Origin: Nitrosopumilus sp.
Lineage (GTDB): Archaea; Thermoproteota; Nitrososphaeria; Nitrososphaerales; Nitrosopumilaceae
Direction of reading: 5' to 3'
NCBI GenBank assembly: GCA_965219345.1
Contig: OZ244732.1
Span: 1,440,001-1,504,000, forward strand
DNA: 64,000 nucleotides
The stretch's first letter is position 1, and the number at the start of each line of letters is the position of its first letter. Shown here piece by piece: positions 1 to 10,376 of this stretch. Made by a program: the position numbers and the translations under genes. The notes below the pieces were generated by a model that saw nothing but the letters and a program-made list of their open reading frames with translations, was not told the origin of the DNA and did not search any database.

Positions 1-654
1 ACTCTAAAGTCAAATCTCTTCTGAAAAAGATGCGTTCTGACAATCATTCTTTGTATTTGGTTTCCGGAAGATCACTTACAAGAATAATGGCAGATATGAA
101 AATTTTAGAGCATGTAGAAGATTATGCAATAGCTGAAAACGGGGGAATAATTCTGCGAGGATTTGCACCAAATACAGAACAAAGATTAGGAGACAAAGAA
201 GAACCAAAAAAGGTATGGGACTCTACAAGATAATCATACCGATATAAAACAAGACAAATCTCAAGGAATACGATTAACTGAGATAATTATTCTCAAATCA
301 CCTACACTTACACAAAAAAATATGGAATATGTAATAACTAAAACAAACGCAGATGCTCAAGTTTTATCAAGTAAAACATCATATCATATTTCAAAAAAGG
401 GCATCGACAAAGGAGCTGCTATTGAAGAATTAGCCAATTATCTGAGTCTAGGTAATGAATTAACTGTGGCAGTAGGGGATAGCGAATTGGACATTCCCAT
501 GCTTGATGTAACTGATCTAGGTTTTGCCCCGCATAACGCATCATCTGAAATTAAGGCAATGACGAAAAAAAGACCCACAATAATGTCAAAGTCATGCCAT
601 GATGGCATAATAGAAATGTACAAAAATTTTTTTCTTAAAAGAAATGACTCCTAA
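1..654 (+). pseudogene. HAD-IIB phosphoglycolate-phosphatase-like hydrolase, frameshifted near 220; 5' end off-window
   Basis: Motifs LVSGRS and IAENGG (30-233), then GIDKGAAI and AVGDSELDIPML (322-654) in a different frame; the second frame is open from 190. Confidence 0.75.
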
Positions 655-962
655 AAAAGAAAAGAAAGAACTGGTTTTTGAGAAAGGTAATCTTCCAGAA
701 GGGTTTCAGGCACTCCCTCTTTCTTTATCTCTTCTTGAATGTCATTAAAGCTTGGCATCTCCTCAAGAGTTTGTGCTTAATCTCAAACAATTGACATCTA
801 TGTCTTCTTCGTCCTCGTCATGTCTTTGGCAAATCCTTGTGATATTTTGATAATTTTTCAGTTCAAACTCTTTCAATAATTCACGTACAGAAGAATCCAT
901 GATATAGATAAGGCAACAAGATACAATAAGAATCTTGTTGCAAATGTTGACTGGAAAAAAAA

Positions 963-1193
963 TTATTTTATTGACTCATTTATCAGATCATCCATAGAAT
1001 CATCCGTAAGGTATCCGTCAGGCAGTACTGCAGGCAGCAGACTGTTAGGACTGACACTATTATCGATAATGTAAATGGTTGCATGATCACGTGTCTCCAA
1101 ATCATTTATTTCCACGGTCTTTGTCTCGCTGAATTTCTTGACGGATCTGCGATTGTCGTCAAAATACATTATGCTCTTCATCTCAGTCCTCAC
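963..1193 (-). CDS. hypothetical protein
   Basis: 76-aa ORF, no recognisable motif. Confidence 0.35.
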   Translation of the reverse strand: MRTEMKSIMYFDDNRRSVKKFSETKTVEINDLETRDHATIYIIDNSVSPNSLLPAVLPDGYLTDDSMDDLINESIK

Positions 1194-1511
1194 CTAGTTT
1201 TTTTTATCTCTGACTCTTTTTCAGTAAACATTAGTTGTATGGCCTGTGTTTGATTTGATACAGGATCAAAACGAGGATTTTTAGGATTGATGAGAATATC
1301 TGAAAGAGATATGAATTTTCTAGAAAATTTTTTCATATTTTAAAAATAATTGTTGAATTTAAATCACTTTTGGTTCTTCCATACAAAATCTCCTCCGTCT
1401 ATTGTTGTCACTGTCAATATTTTTTCTGCCTAGATTCTGCTTCAAAACATCTAAACCTCTCAAAAATGTAACCAAGTACCAAATTAAATACCAGATCAGA
1501 TTATTCATGTC

Positions 1512-1928
1512 ATGTATGATATTTTTGAGGATGCCAAACGAATCAATTTTTTTGGCAAAATTTTAATAATTATTTCAAATAATAAAATTGTCTTTAAGGA
1601 TCTTAATGAGCCAAACACACATCATACAATTATGTTTTTAGACAATGGTGTGATTGACATTCATAAAACTAAGGAAGGAAAATTAAAGGAATATGAATCC
1701 ATATCACAATTTAATTTTGGAAATGTCATGAAAGAAATGCTAAATGTGTTTGATAATAAAGAAGAAAATATCTTTAATGATATGCTTCAAGAGTTAAAAC
1801 CGGTGAATTTTACTGAAAAAGAATTTGAAAACTACCATATTATTCTAAATAACACTAAGCAAGAATTTGCAAAAATTATTCAACATACTAAGAGAAAAAT
1901 AGCGATTCCTGAAGAAAGGCATTTCTGA
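1512..1928 (+). CDS. hypothetical protein, probably 3'-disrupted
   Basis: 138-aa ORF; coding-like sequence continues to about 2107 in another frame. Confidence 0.45.
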   Translation: MYDIFEDAKRINFFGKILIIISNNKIVFKDLNEPNTHHTIMFLDNGVIDIHKTKEGKLKEYESISQFNFGNVMKEMLNVFDNKEENIFNDMLQELKPVNFTEKEFENYHIILNNTKQEFAKIIQHTKRKIAIPEERHF

Positions 1929-2223
1929 AATTGACGAATCAAATGCATGGATAAAATGGAATATCAGGTTTGGTTTATGATGATGAAAAATTGATGGGGT
2001 GTATCATTGAGAATGAAGACAAACATGCATATTTTCCTTTGATGGCCTTGGAAAATTCAAACATGATGAAGGTGCTGGCTAAACTGATATCAGATAATTC
2101 TGCTTGATTCTGACTTCTTGCTCGCAAAATATGCACAAATGTCAATACTTGAGTAAAGTCATCTTTGATAATAAGGCCTCAGTAGAACCTCAGCGACTCC
2201 ACGTCCCTAAGAAAGGAAAGGTG

Positions 2224-2436
2224 TCAGACATGCCTTAGTTCCGACTCGCATCTTCTTATGTTCCTTTCAAGCTCTGATTTTTTGCGTTTAAGATGCTTTA
2301 GCTCCAGAGTTACCGCCTTTTTGCGCGATTGTGGATGCTTGATGTTGCCGCAAATGGCATCCGCTCTTTTTCCGTTCTCTTGATATCTATGATAATGATA
2401 TTCGTTGCCACAGACATTCATAATTATGATTGGCAT
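2224..2436 (-). CDS. small basic protein (YxYHRY..GK...ICG plus coiled coil), copy 1
   Basis: 70 aa; 68/70 identical copy at 8115-8327. Confidence 0.6.
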   Translation of the reverse strand: MPIIIMNVCGNEYHYHRYQENGKRADAICGNIKHPQSRKKAVTLELKHLKRKKSELERNIRRCESELRHV

Positions 2437-2586
2437 TATATGTTATCTCAAAGACCGGCCGAGGTCTCATTGATGCCTCCCTCTGTTTCTTCCATATCAA
2501 ATACAAGACCCGACAGTGTTGCAAACACCCCATGTCTTACACGTTCTGACAGTCCGAACCTCCTACGGTGTGATTTCAGGCTAGGG

Positions 2587-3966
2587 CTAGATACTGCAGG
2601 TTGCAGTCGTAGTTATGGTCTGCGTCAGCTGACCTGTAAAGTCTTGACTGATGTTATCAATTTGAACCTGCAGATATTGGAAAGCAAAATTGCCAGGTGG
2701 GAAAACATCTACCGCCCTACCGTCTGTTTCAGACATTGGGGTTCTGTTCTCGTATACATGGTTCGAACTATTAATACCGTACCTTGTCTGCCCTACATCC
2801 ATGATTGGCTCATCATTACTGTTCATCCAGTCAGTTGCAGATATGTCCACATAAATATAGGCAGTGCCAGTATTCTCAATTACCATTAACTTTGCATCCG
2901 AAGTATCTCCATATGCCAGACTGCCAAAGTCCAGATCACCGGATACGCTGGCCGAGCATACGGGAGCATCGGCGCCAGAGGCATCCAGCGTGACGTTAAT
3001 CATCTTTCTTGCAATCTCGTTTTGGGACTCTACGATGGCGCCATCTACAACGGTACCGTAGGGCAGGCCGACAGTCATATTGTATAAAAAGAAGTCGTCA
3101 CTAAACACGCCCCTGATGTTGTACTCGGTGCCGTATAATAAAAATGATAGATTATCCAGATTCCCATCCTGATCCTCGTTTAATGTTATGGGCAGTCCGC
3201 CATCTGTCGTCTCAGGAAGGTCAAGTCCGACTCTTGCATTACTTACAAAGGGCTCAAAGGAGGGAAATGGAAAGAGGAAATTCGGAGGTTGCTTACCATA
3301 CAGGTCTTCAGTTTCATAAAGCACGACTACGCCGGAACTGTTGGAGGACTTTGTAAAGTCATCCCTGAACGTTACGGATGGCTTTTCACCTACCGTAATC
3401 TCCACGGGTATGGTCTTGGTTGCCCCGGTAGTAGTACAGGTCGCATTCCCGGCATTACCGGTATAGGTGAACTCTTTTATGACAATGTCAAACGTATCGA
3501 TGCCCGTATATGTGGCACCGGGGATGTAGTCAAATTCGGCAAGCATTGTGGGGTCGTGGCCAAAGTCATTCGTATTACAGGTTATGGCAAGTCTAGTGCC
3601 ATTATTAAAATCGTACGGTTTTATGGGATCTCCGGATGCCACAAGACTGCCGCCCTCTTCAGTGGTCAGGGGGTCGGGAAACACGGCAATCCAGGGACTT
3701 CCAGTGACATTATAACCAATAGCATTATGAACAAGTCTAGATGAGTCTGGTAACGAGGATGGTGTGCTTAACAGTACTCTTGTCAGTTCCAAGTCATGGG
3801 CAATCGTACCATATCCGACATCGTATCTCAGTGTTGGAACAATATCCACAGTACCATCAGTGTCTGACTGGCCATACGCATAGTAGCCTCCTGCAGTCAT
3901 TGTTGCTGTTATCGCTACCGCCATCAGGATCGCCGCAACAGTGCCGTCTCTCTTCTTTAGTGCCAA
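2587..3966 (-). CDS. secreted/surface protein paralogue 1, C-terminal spore-coat-U/fimbrial-like beta domain
   Basis: Signal peptide MALKKRDG..AYG; Thr/Asp/Gly-rich; CSASVSGDLDFGSL motif and terminal Cys; paralogues at 8888 and 11442. Confidence 0.85.
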   Translation of the reverse strand: MALKKRDGTVAAILMAVAITATMTAGGYYAYGQSDTDGTVDIVPTLRYDVGYGTIAHDLELTRVLLSTPSSLPDSSRLVHNAIGYNVTGSPWIAVFPDPLTTEEGGSLVASGDPIKPYDFNNGTRLAITCNTNDFGHDPTMLAEFDYIPGATYTGIDTFDIVIKEFTYTGNAGNATCTTTGATKTIPVEITVGEKPSVTFRDDFTKSSNSSGVVVLYETEDLYGKQPPNFLFPFPSFEPFVSNARVGLDLPETTDGGLPITLNEDQDGNLDNLSFLLYGTEYNIRGVFSDDFFLYNMTVGLPYGTVVDGAIVESQNEIARKMINVTLDASGADAPVCSASVSGDLDFGSLAYGDTSDAKLMVIENTGTAYIYVDISATDWMNSNDEPIMDVGQTRYGINSSNHVYENRTPMSETDGRAVDVFPPGNFAFQYLQVQIDNISQDFTGQLTQTITTTATCSI

Positions 3967-3977
3967 TGACTGTATAC

Positions 3978-3998
3978 GGGGGGGGGGGGGGTAAATAA
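3978..3998 (-). promoter_or_regulatory. TATA-like TTATTTA followed by C14 tract
   Basis: G14 at 3978-3991 on +; 11 nt from tract to start codon; same layout at all three paralogues. Confidence 0.7.
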
Positions 3999-4012
3999 CT
4001 ATATCGAAGGGT

Positions 4013-4035
4013 GGTTCTGTTGCATCTTGGTGACC
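4013..4035 (+). mobile_element. orphan IS6-type terminal repeat
   Basis: GGTTCTGTTGCATCTTGGTGACC resembles IS6-family ends; same position relative to the paralogue as the IS6 end at 10318. Confidence 0.6.
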
Positions 4036-4104
4036 TAAAATAAAGGAACTGGTTATCGGTAGATAATTCTACTTGGAGACGGTGTTTGAGAGGTGGTGTA
4101 GTTT

Positions 4105-4747
4105 TTAATCTTCCAGCAAGTCTTTTCCTGCTAATAATTTACGTACAAATGGACCGCCGGTCCAGCTATCTCTGACTTGATAATTAACATTATAAGCCTC
4201 AGCAATATTTTCCAACTGCCCGTCTGTAAAATCAGAATATGCAGATAGTTCACGTGATATTGTATTAGCTTCACTAAATGAACCTGCATACCTAAGTTCT
4301 AAAATTATTTCATCGATTTCTCTAAGAGTTCCGTCTACAACACGTCTGAATAATTCTGAAAGTCGTATTGTTTCTTTATCAATATTTTTAATGTTAAATT
4401 TGGAACTTTGGTATTTGGACATGAATCCATAAGGCATTGTGCCGTCAATTGAGATTGGGAAAATTTTCTTTTTAAGATATATGGCAATTCCTACCTCTTG
4501 ATTTGTATAATCCGCATTTCGGAATTTAGATGATAAAAGAACTACAAACAATTCACATTCTTCTATTCTTTTTTTTTAGTGTGTCTTCCCAATCAGAACC
4601 AGTTTCAATATCCCTATGTGCTAGAAATATATCAAAATGACTTTCTTTCAACTTTTTTGCAATACTCTCAGCAGTGATTTTATCCTCATCTGCATGACTT
4701 AAAAATGTAAGAATCCGTGTCATTGTTGATTTGTAATTAACTACCAT
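4105..4747 (-). pseudogene. TIR-domain protein, frameshifted in an A9 tract
   Basis: FLSHADED, FLAHRDIETGSDW, then FVVLLS and YTNQEVGIA; removing one base from the T9 run at 4569-4577 joins the ORFs (LKKRIEECELFVVLLS). Confidence 0.85.
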
Positions 4748-4789
4748 ATCAGTGTTAGTTCGATCTCAGTTCTATGTTTTCAAAACAAG

Positions 4790-4836
4790 GGTTCTGGTAG
4801 AAAATGGTGATCTGATCACTGTTTTGCACCAGAACC
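4790..4836. mobile_element. 47-bp palindromic mini-element made of two IS6-like ends
   Basis: GGTTCTGGTAGAAAATGGTGATC-T-GATCACTGTTTTGCACCAGAACC, arms match 19/23. Confidence 0.7.
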
Positions 4837-4975
4837 GAAATATGTAGTATAGTTGCACCAGATCAAGAAGCATTTGCAATTTTAGGATTCCCATTAGTAT
4901 TTCAATTTGAATTTCACTAAACAATTCCCACATGTCACCTTTGTGATACACATTACTAAAGAGAAATATTTTTGA

Positions 4976-5254
4976 TTAATTAGAGTCGTTTTGATAAGAT
5001 GCTTCTATGCATATCAAAAATATTTTTTGTTCATCATGATCTACATGATACGTCAAAGGAAAAGGTTTGCTCTCAACTTCTGAACTCTCATATTCATCTA
5101 TGATATCATATTCAGGTTTTGAATCCAAATCAAGAACATTTCTGAGAAATCTCATTGATTGTAAAACATAGGTTTGTTTTGTCTCATCTAAATTCAAAAA
5201 TTGTATGAAAAAAGTTTTAGTGATTAAAAGCTTCCACAATTTGTCCTGCTCCAT
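4976..5254 (-). CDS. RelE/ParE-like toxin (putative)
   Basis: 92 aa; WKLLITKTFFIQFLNLD start and YHVDHDEQKIFLICI end typical of the RelE fold. Confidence 0.5.
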   Translation of the reverse strand: MEQDKLWKLLITKTFFIQFLNLDETKQTYVLQSMRFLRNVLDLDSKPEYDIIDEYESSEVESKPFPLTYHVDHDEQKIFLICIEASYQNDSN

Positions 5255-5393
5255 TTAAAAAAGACATGCCTTCCAGTATTGTTCCCTCAAACGCAAAATC
5301 TACATTTCCTTTTTCCAAGTCTTCTTTAAATTGACTGATCTGTTGCATCTGCTTTTTTGTAAAACAGAATGGTGAAAATTGTGTGGTTTGCAT
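5217..5393 (-). CDS. putative antitoxin (58 aa, not in ORF track)
   Basis: MQTTQFSPF...KEDLEKGNVDF; lies upstream of and overlaps the RelE-like ORF. Confidence 0.4.
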   Translation of the reverse strand: MQTTQFSPFCFTKKQMQQISQFKEDLEKGNVDFAFEGTILEGMSFLNGAGQIVEAFNH

Positions 5394-5538
5394 GATAACT
5401 GAGATGCTAAGTTGATATTAAAAGTTTTACTATCCATATATGACCACATAATGAATAAAATTTGTCATTTTCTCTTTTGATAAGATTTCAAGCCAATATG
5501 ACTGATGTAATCATGTATTACATTCCTTTTTTACTGTA

Positions 5539-7061
5539 TCAGAATATCTTGACAGGCATCGGATTATCTAAGTTAATGTGTGGATGGATTTTGTCAACAA
5601 GTAATGCCACAGCGTATTTGAGACAGCGATCGGCATCATCTTTTGTTACTTGCTTCCCATTATGGTAGAACTTGTTACGCTTTCTTTTCAGATCAATTAA
5701 AAGATCCTAAGAATCTTCATCAATTTTATCTTGAAGACTAAGAACTTCCAAGACATAGTCAATCGTCCATTGGGTGGGATTGTTTAGTTTGGATAAGCGC
5801 TCATGATCAATATCTTTCTGGGAGAGTAACGTGTGCCAAAGATCAGAGTAGTGTCTTTCTATCACACTCCAACCTAGGATAAAAGATGGAGCAAACTCTG
5901 AGTTGACAAGATGAGTCAGTCCATCATTGAGCAATCTCATGTCTTCTGATAATTTTTCATGTACAAGTAATTTTTCAGTGTTTGACAGAATTTTCTGCAT
6001 GGTCTCTAATTTCATCTCGGTTTTTGTAACGAACCTGTTGTGTTTGAAATTAAAGGAGTCCTCAATGAGATGTGCTCGTCTAGTTTCAGAATTCCATTGC
6101 ATGTCAGTTATAGTCAAATTTTGTTTGTCATAATTGGCCATAACCAATTCATGCTCACGAACAGCATGCAGAGAAAATCCATAAAATGCCCAAATGACAT
6201 TATCAGGTTTAGAATTTTTAATGCATCTTCTTTACTTCTGCTTTCAACAAAGATAAACCCATCCTTGTTGACGATGATTTGATTATTGCCAATCATTCTG
6301 TCAAATACTTTAGAATTAATCAAACGATTGAATGTGTTGTGGACCAATTCCCCTATACTACGCTTTTGTTCTGCACCTATTACAATTGGAGGAAACAAAT
6401 GCACTCCAAATCCCGCATATCTGTAATTTGCAAGTGATGATGGTTGTTGCAATATTGATGTTCTATCTTGTTTGCCCTTGGCTTCTTGTTTGATTTTTTG
6501 AATTGTCTTGTTAATTTCTTGTATGTGATCAATCTCTCCAATATTTCCTGCATGAATCCCGGTCCAGGTATCTTCAAGTGCCATCCCAATTAATGCATGA
6601 TGATCTCTTCTTTGTGGCATAAAGGCATCGCTCTTGATCATCTCAATAAATTTGGAAATCTCTGAGGCCATTTTCTCCCCCAATGTATTGAATTGCTCAT
6701 ATTCTGCTGGCAGTTTCTGCTTGGTTTTTCGTATCCATCTTTTATCTTCCAGTATTGTAACCACTTTGGAATAAAATTCATGTCGTTTGTATGGTCCATT
6801 TACTGTGATTTCCTTGTCCGGCCTGTCGTTAAAATTAGATTGTATTATTAGTTGGTAATCCGGATCAGCAATCCAAAAAATTTCAATCTGGCATGGGTTT
6901 AAAAAATTATTTGTGTTGTTCACACCTTTTTTTTCATCGGCAGATAATTTTTCGTATTCTTCTCGAAAATAGTCAATATAGTTTAGATACCATTGTGTTA
7001 ACGATTCTCGTTTACTGGTTTGTTCCAACATACGGCTTAGATATGTTGGATATATTAACAC
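5539..7061 (-). pseudogene. HEPN-domain (ApeA-like) RNase with a frameshift and an in-frame stop
   Basis: ORFs 6114-7061 and 5707-6147; reading through TAG at 5707 gives DLLIDLKRKRNKFYHNG (HEPN RxxxxH) to a stop at 5539; SFILGWSVIE helix. Confidence 0.75.
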
Positions 7062-7182
7062 AGATAATTTCTTACATTGATCGAAACGAGGAAAAATCTC
7101 CCATTAACTTAAATTCCGTTGAATCATGAAAATAGTGAAGAATTTCATAGTAAGGATTTTCTAATCTGAAACCTAAACATGC

Positions 7183-7662
7183 ATGATGGAAGTCATTCTG
7201 ATGATTGGAATTCAAGGTAGTGGAAAGACAATGCTTACCCAAATTGCATTTCCAAACCATCGCCATATATCCTTAGATAAAATCAAAGAATTTTCATCAA
7301 GGAAAAAACATGATCTGTTAAAACAATACACAATAAGTAATGCACAACTGTTGCATGATCAACGTTTGAGCAAAGAAAGAAAAATTGAATATGTTATAAT
7401 AGATAACTGCCTAAAAAATGGCAAAAATGTTGTTGTTGATGATACTAATGTTACAAAACATATACGTAAACACCATATTCATCTTGCTCAAAAATATGAT
7501 GCTACAGTAAACGCAATATTTTTTCAGAACATCCAAAAAGCGTATGAGCAAAACAGAAATCGCAAGAAACCATTGGATAAAAAAATATTGGATAAATTTC
7601 ATAGTGATTTAGAAATTCCCCACATGGAAGAAGGATTTGGATTTATCCAAGTCATGTGTTGA
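7183..7662 (+). CDS. AAA_33 / polynucleotide-kinase-like P-loop kinase
   Basis: GIQGSGKT, VVVDDTN, NRNR motifs. Confidence 0.85.
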   Translation: MMEVILMIGIQGSGKTMLTQIAFPNHRHISLDKIKEFSSRKKHDLLKQYTISNAQLLHDQRLSKERKIEYVIIDNCLKNGKNVVVDDTNVTKHIRKHHIHLAQKYDATVNAIFFQNIQKAYEQNRNRKKPLDKKILDKFHSDLEIPHMEEGFGFIQVMC

Positions 7663-7773
7663 TATTCTAACGTAGCAATACAACACCTGAATGTAGTACT
7701 AATTTAAAATGATAGAAAATGATATCAATGTATAACAACAGAATGATCTAAAATATTTATAATAAAAACCAAT

Positions 7774-8069
7774 GTATGAATTCACCCATCCCTTATATCA
7801 GTCGGGTAACCTCCTCTTCTGCCACGCTCTTGCCGTGATTCTGCCATGTTAGGACACAGCTTACAAAATCTTCAAGGCGCTTTATGGCCTTGCTGCCGCC
7901 CTTGGTCTGCCGCTTATCTTCTGGAACACCACTAGATAACGCAGTGCCCTCTCCGATGCATTGTTAGTCGGCTCCATCCCCAGATACCCCACAAACGTGT
8001 ACAGGTTCTCTGCGGCGTTCTCAAGGGTCGTGCCAAATCCGATACCGAGATTCTTGTATTCCCACATGG
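7774..8069 (-). mobile_element. IS66 transposase C-terminal remnant with terminal GTA end
   Basis: PTNNASERALR motif; GTATGAATTCACCC at 7774. Confidence 0.8.
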
Positions 8070-8114
8070 TCAGTAGAACCTCAGCGACTCCACGTCCCTA
8101 AGAAAGGAAAGGCG

Positions 8115-8327
8115 TCAGACATGCCTTAGTTCCAACTCGCATCTTCTTATGTTCCTTTCAAGCTCTGATTTTTTGCGTTTAAGATGCTTTAGCTCCAGAG
8201 TTACCGCCTTTTTGCGCGATTGTGGATGCTTGATGTTGCCGCAAATGGCATCCGCTCTTTTTCCATTCTCTTGATATCTATGATAATAGTATTCGTTGCC
8301 ACAGACATTCATAATTATGATTGGCAT
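8115..8327 (-). CDS. small basic protein, copy 2
   Basis: Duplicate of 2224-2436. Confidence 0.6.
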   Translation of the reverse strand: MPIIIMNVCGNEYYYHRYQENGKRADAICGNIKHPQSRKKAVTLELKHLKRKKSELERNIRRCELELRHV

Positions 8328-8838
8328 TATATGTTATCTCAAAGGGTTCTGTGTAACCTTCGGGTGTTATTCTGTAGCCTTGTTTAGTGAGACATAAAAG
8401 CGCAACGGGGACTCGGTCTGACATTCAACCTTCTTGCAAGTTCTCATACTATGATCTAGACCTTTCGGAATTTGGTTCTGTCAGGTTGTCGAGGGGGACA
8501 AGTCAGGACTGGTTTCTCCATTCATCCTTGTCCAAAGCCGTCATCTGTTTAGAAGATACATTCCCACTTGGTGAAGGCAACATAGCTAGCTTCTTCAAGT
8601 GGGATAGAGTCACAAGCATTGCAAGTCAGCAATCCATGCCAATAGTCTTTGATGCCGGGAATCCCCGCTGCGGCCTTCATCCAATGGAAAATCACCACTG
8701 TACCGTGTGGCAGCAGCAGCAGCAACAGCAGCAGTAGCGAAGGCCGATACATAATGATGCCAGAGACAATGGCTACGCAGCCGGCATCCCTTTTAATTCA
8801 CAATGACGGATTTTTACAAAATAAATAAGAAAGGCTAG

Positions 8839-8934
8839 GGACAGAACACAGATACAGTCACAGTCTGTGGATGACAGCCAATGAGTGCTACTGCAGCAGA
8901 TAAGGACAGGACACAGATATAGTCACAGTCTGTG
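8839..8934. repeat. 31-bp direct repeat with 34-bp spacer
   Basis: GGACAG(A/G)ACACAGATA(C/T)AGTCACAGTCTGTG at 8839-8869 and 8904-8934. Confidence 0.9.
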
Positions 8935-10270
8935 TAATCTGACCTGTAAAGTCTGGACTGATGTCGCCACCAATTTGAACTTGCAGCCAGTTGACATTTT
9001 CCCCGTCAGGAGGGATAAAAGCGGTAAACACTCTGTCTGTTTCAGATATTAAGTGTATATTCTCGTATGCAATGCGCCGGTCATCAGAGTACCTTGTCTG
9101 CCCCACATCCATGATTGGGGTACCATGACTGTCCAGCCAGTCAGTGCCAGATATTGACATACCACCATAAGTAGTGCCAGTATTCTTGGTTGCAAGTCTC
9201 TTTTTATCCGAAATATCGCCATATGCCAGACTGCCAAAGTCCAGATCAGCGGATACCCTGACTGAGCATATAGGAACATCAGTAGCGCCAGAGGCATCCA
9301 GCGTGACGTCAATTGTTTTTGATGCAATCTCGTTTAGGGACCCTACGATAGTGCCGTTTGCAGCAACGGTACCGTAAGGCAGACTGGCAGTCGCATTGTA
9401 TGAAAAAGAGTCATTACTAAACACGCCTCTGATGACATAATATTTGGTACCATTTTCCAAGGTTACGGGAGTTATGACTGATCCGTCATCTGTCGTCTCA
9501 GGAAGGTCAAGTCCGACTATTGCATTACTTACAGGGAGATCAAAGGAGGGAAATGGAACCGCGAAGTCGAAGAAGCCATCACCGGGAGGTTGCAAACCAA
9601 TCAGGTCATCATCACGGTCAAGCACGACTACGCCGGAACTGTTGGAGAACTTTGTAAAGTCATCCCTGAACGTTACGGATGGCTTTTCACCTACCGTAAT
9701 CTCCACGGGTATGGTCTTGGTTGCCCCGGTAGTAGTACAGGTCGCATTCCCGGCATTACCGGTATAGGTGAACTCTTTTATGACAATGTCAAACGTATCG
9801 ATGCCCGTATATGTAGCACCGGGGATGTAGTCAAATTCGGCAAGCATTGTGGGGTCGTGGCCAAAGTCATCCGTAGCACAGGTTATGGCAGGTACCTGAT
9901 TGCCAAGATCATGATAGTCGTATGGTAATATGGGATCTCCGGATGCCACAAGGCTGCCGCCCTCTTCAGTGGTCAGGGGGTCGGGAAACACGGCAATCCA
10001 GGGATTGTCACTGCCGGGTTGTCTAAGGTTGATGGCATTATGATATGTGGGATGAACACGATCCTCTGTTACCAGGGACAGATCATGGGCAATCGTACCA
10101 TATCCGACATCGTATCTCAGTGTTGGAAGAATCTCCACGTCAGCATCATTGACTGACTGGCCATACGCATGGCCTGCAGTCACTGCTACTGCTGCTACTG
10201 CTGCTACCACTGTTATCGCTGCAGCCATCAGGATCGCCGCAACAGTGCCGTCCCTCTTCTTTAGTGTCAC
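8888..10270 (-). CDS. secreted/surface protein paralogue 2
   Basis: 460 aa; signal peptide; shares long identical blocks with 2587-3966. Confidence 0.85.
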   Translation of the reverse strand: MTLKKRDGTVAAILMAAAITVVAAVAAVAVTAGHAYGQSVNDADVEILPTLRYDVGYGTIAHDLSLVTEDRVHPTYHNAINLRQPGSDNPWIAVFPDPLTTEEGGSLVASGDPILPYDYHDLGNQVPAITCATDDFGHDPTMLAEFDYIPGATYTGIDTFDIVIKEFTYTGNAGNATCTTTGATKTIPVEITVGEKPSVTFRDDFTKFSNSSGVVVLDRDDDLIGLQPPGDGFFDFAVPFPSFDLPVSNAIVGLDLPETTDDGSVITPVTLENGTKYYVIRGVFSNDSFSYNATASLPYGTVAANGTIVGSLNEIASKTIDVTLDASGATDVPICSVRVSADLDFGSLAYGDISDKKRLATKNTGTTYGGMSISGTDWLDSHGTPIMDVGQTRYSDDRRIAYENIHLISETDRVFTAFIPPDGENVNWLQVQIGGDISPDFTGQITQTVTISVSCPYLLQ

Positions 10271-10281
10271 TGACTGTATAC

Positions 10282-10303
10282 GGGGGGGGGGGGGGGTAAA
10301 TAA
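10282..10303 (-). promoter_or_regulatory. TATA-like TTATTTA followed by C15 tract
   Basis: G15 at 10282-10296. Confidence 0.7.
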
Positions 10304-10376
10304 CTATATCGGAGGGTGGTTCTGTGTAATCTTCGGGACTTGAGAAATATGGAAAAATGATTTTTTTGATCAATTT

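Larger units (their letters stand above)
2179..4012. repeat. segmental duplication copy A (partner 8070-8344 joined to 11301-12860)
   Basis: Near-identical DNA starting TCAGTAGAACCTCAGCGACTCC at 2179 and 8070; 2446-2640 recurs at 11301-11495. Confidence 0.95.

Noticed and set aside
2587-2900. Diversity-generating retroelement acting on the variable C-termini
   Set aside because: Differences include indels and all base types rather than adenine-specific changes; no reverse transcriptase or template repeat in the window
5707-5709. Pyrrolysine or programmed readthrough of TAG
   Set aside because: The same gene also has a frameshift and no pyl machinery is visible; a nonsense mutation is simpler
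8549-8752. Poly-Leu/poly-Gln ORFs at a CAG repeat
   Set aside because: Short low-complexity frames, probably a decayed signal-peptide gene; no supportable product
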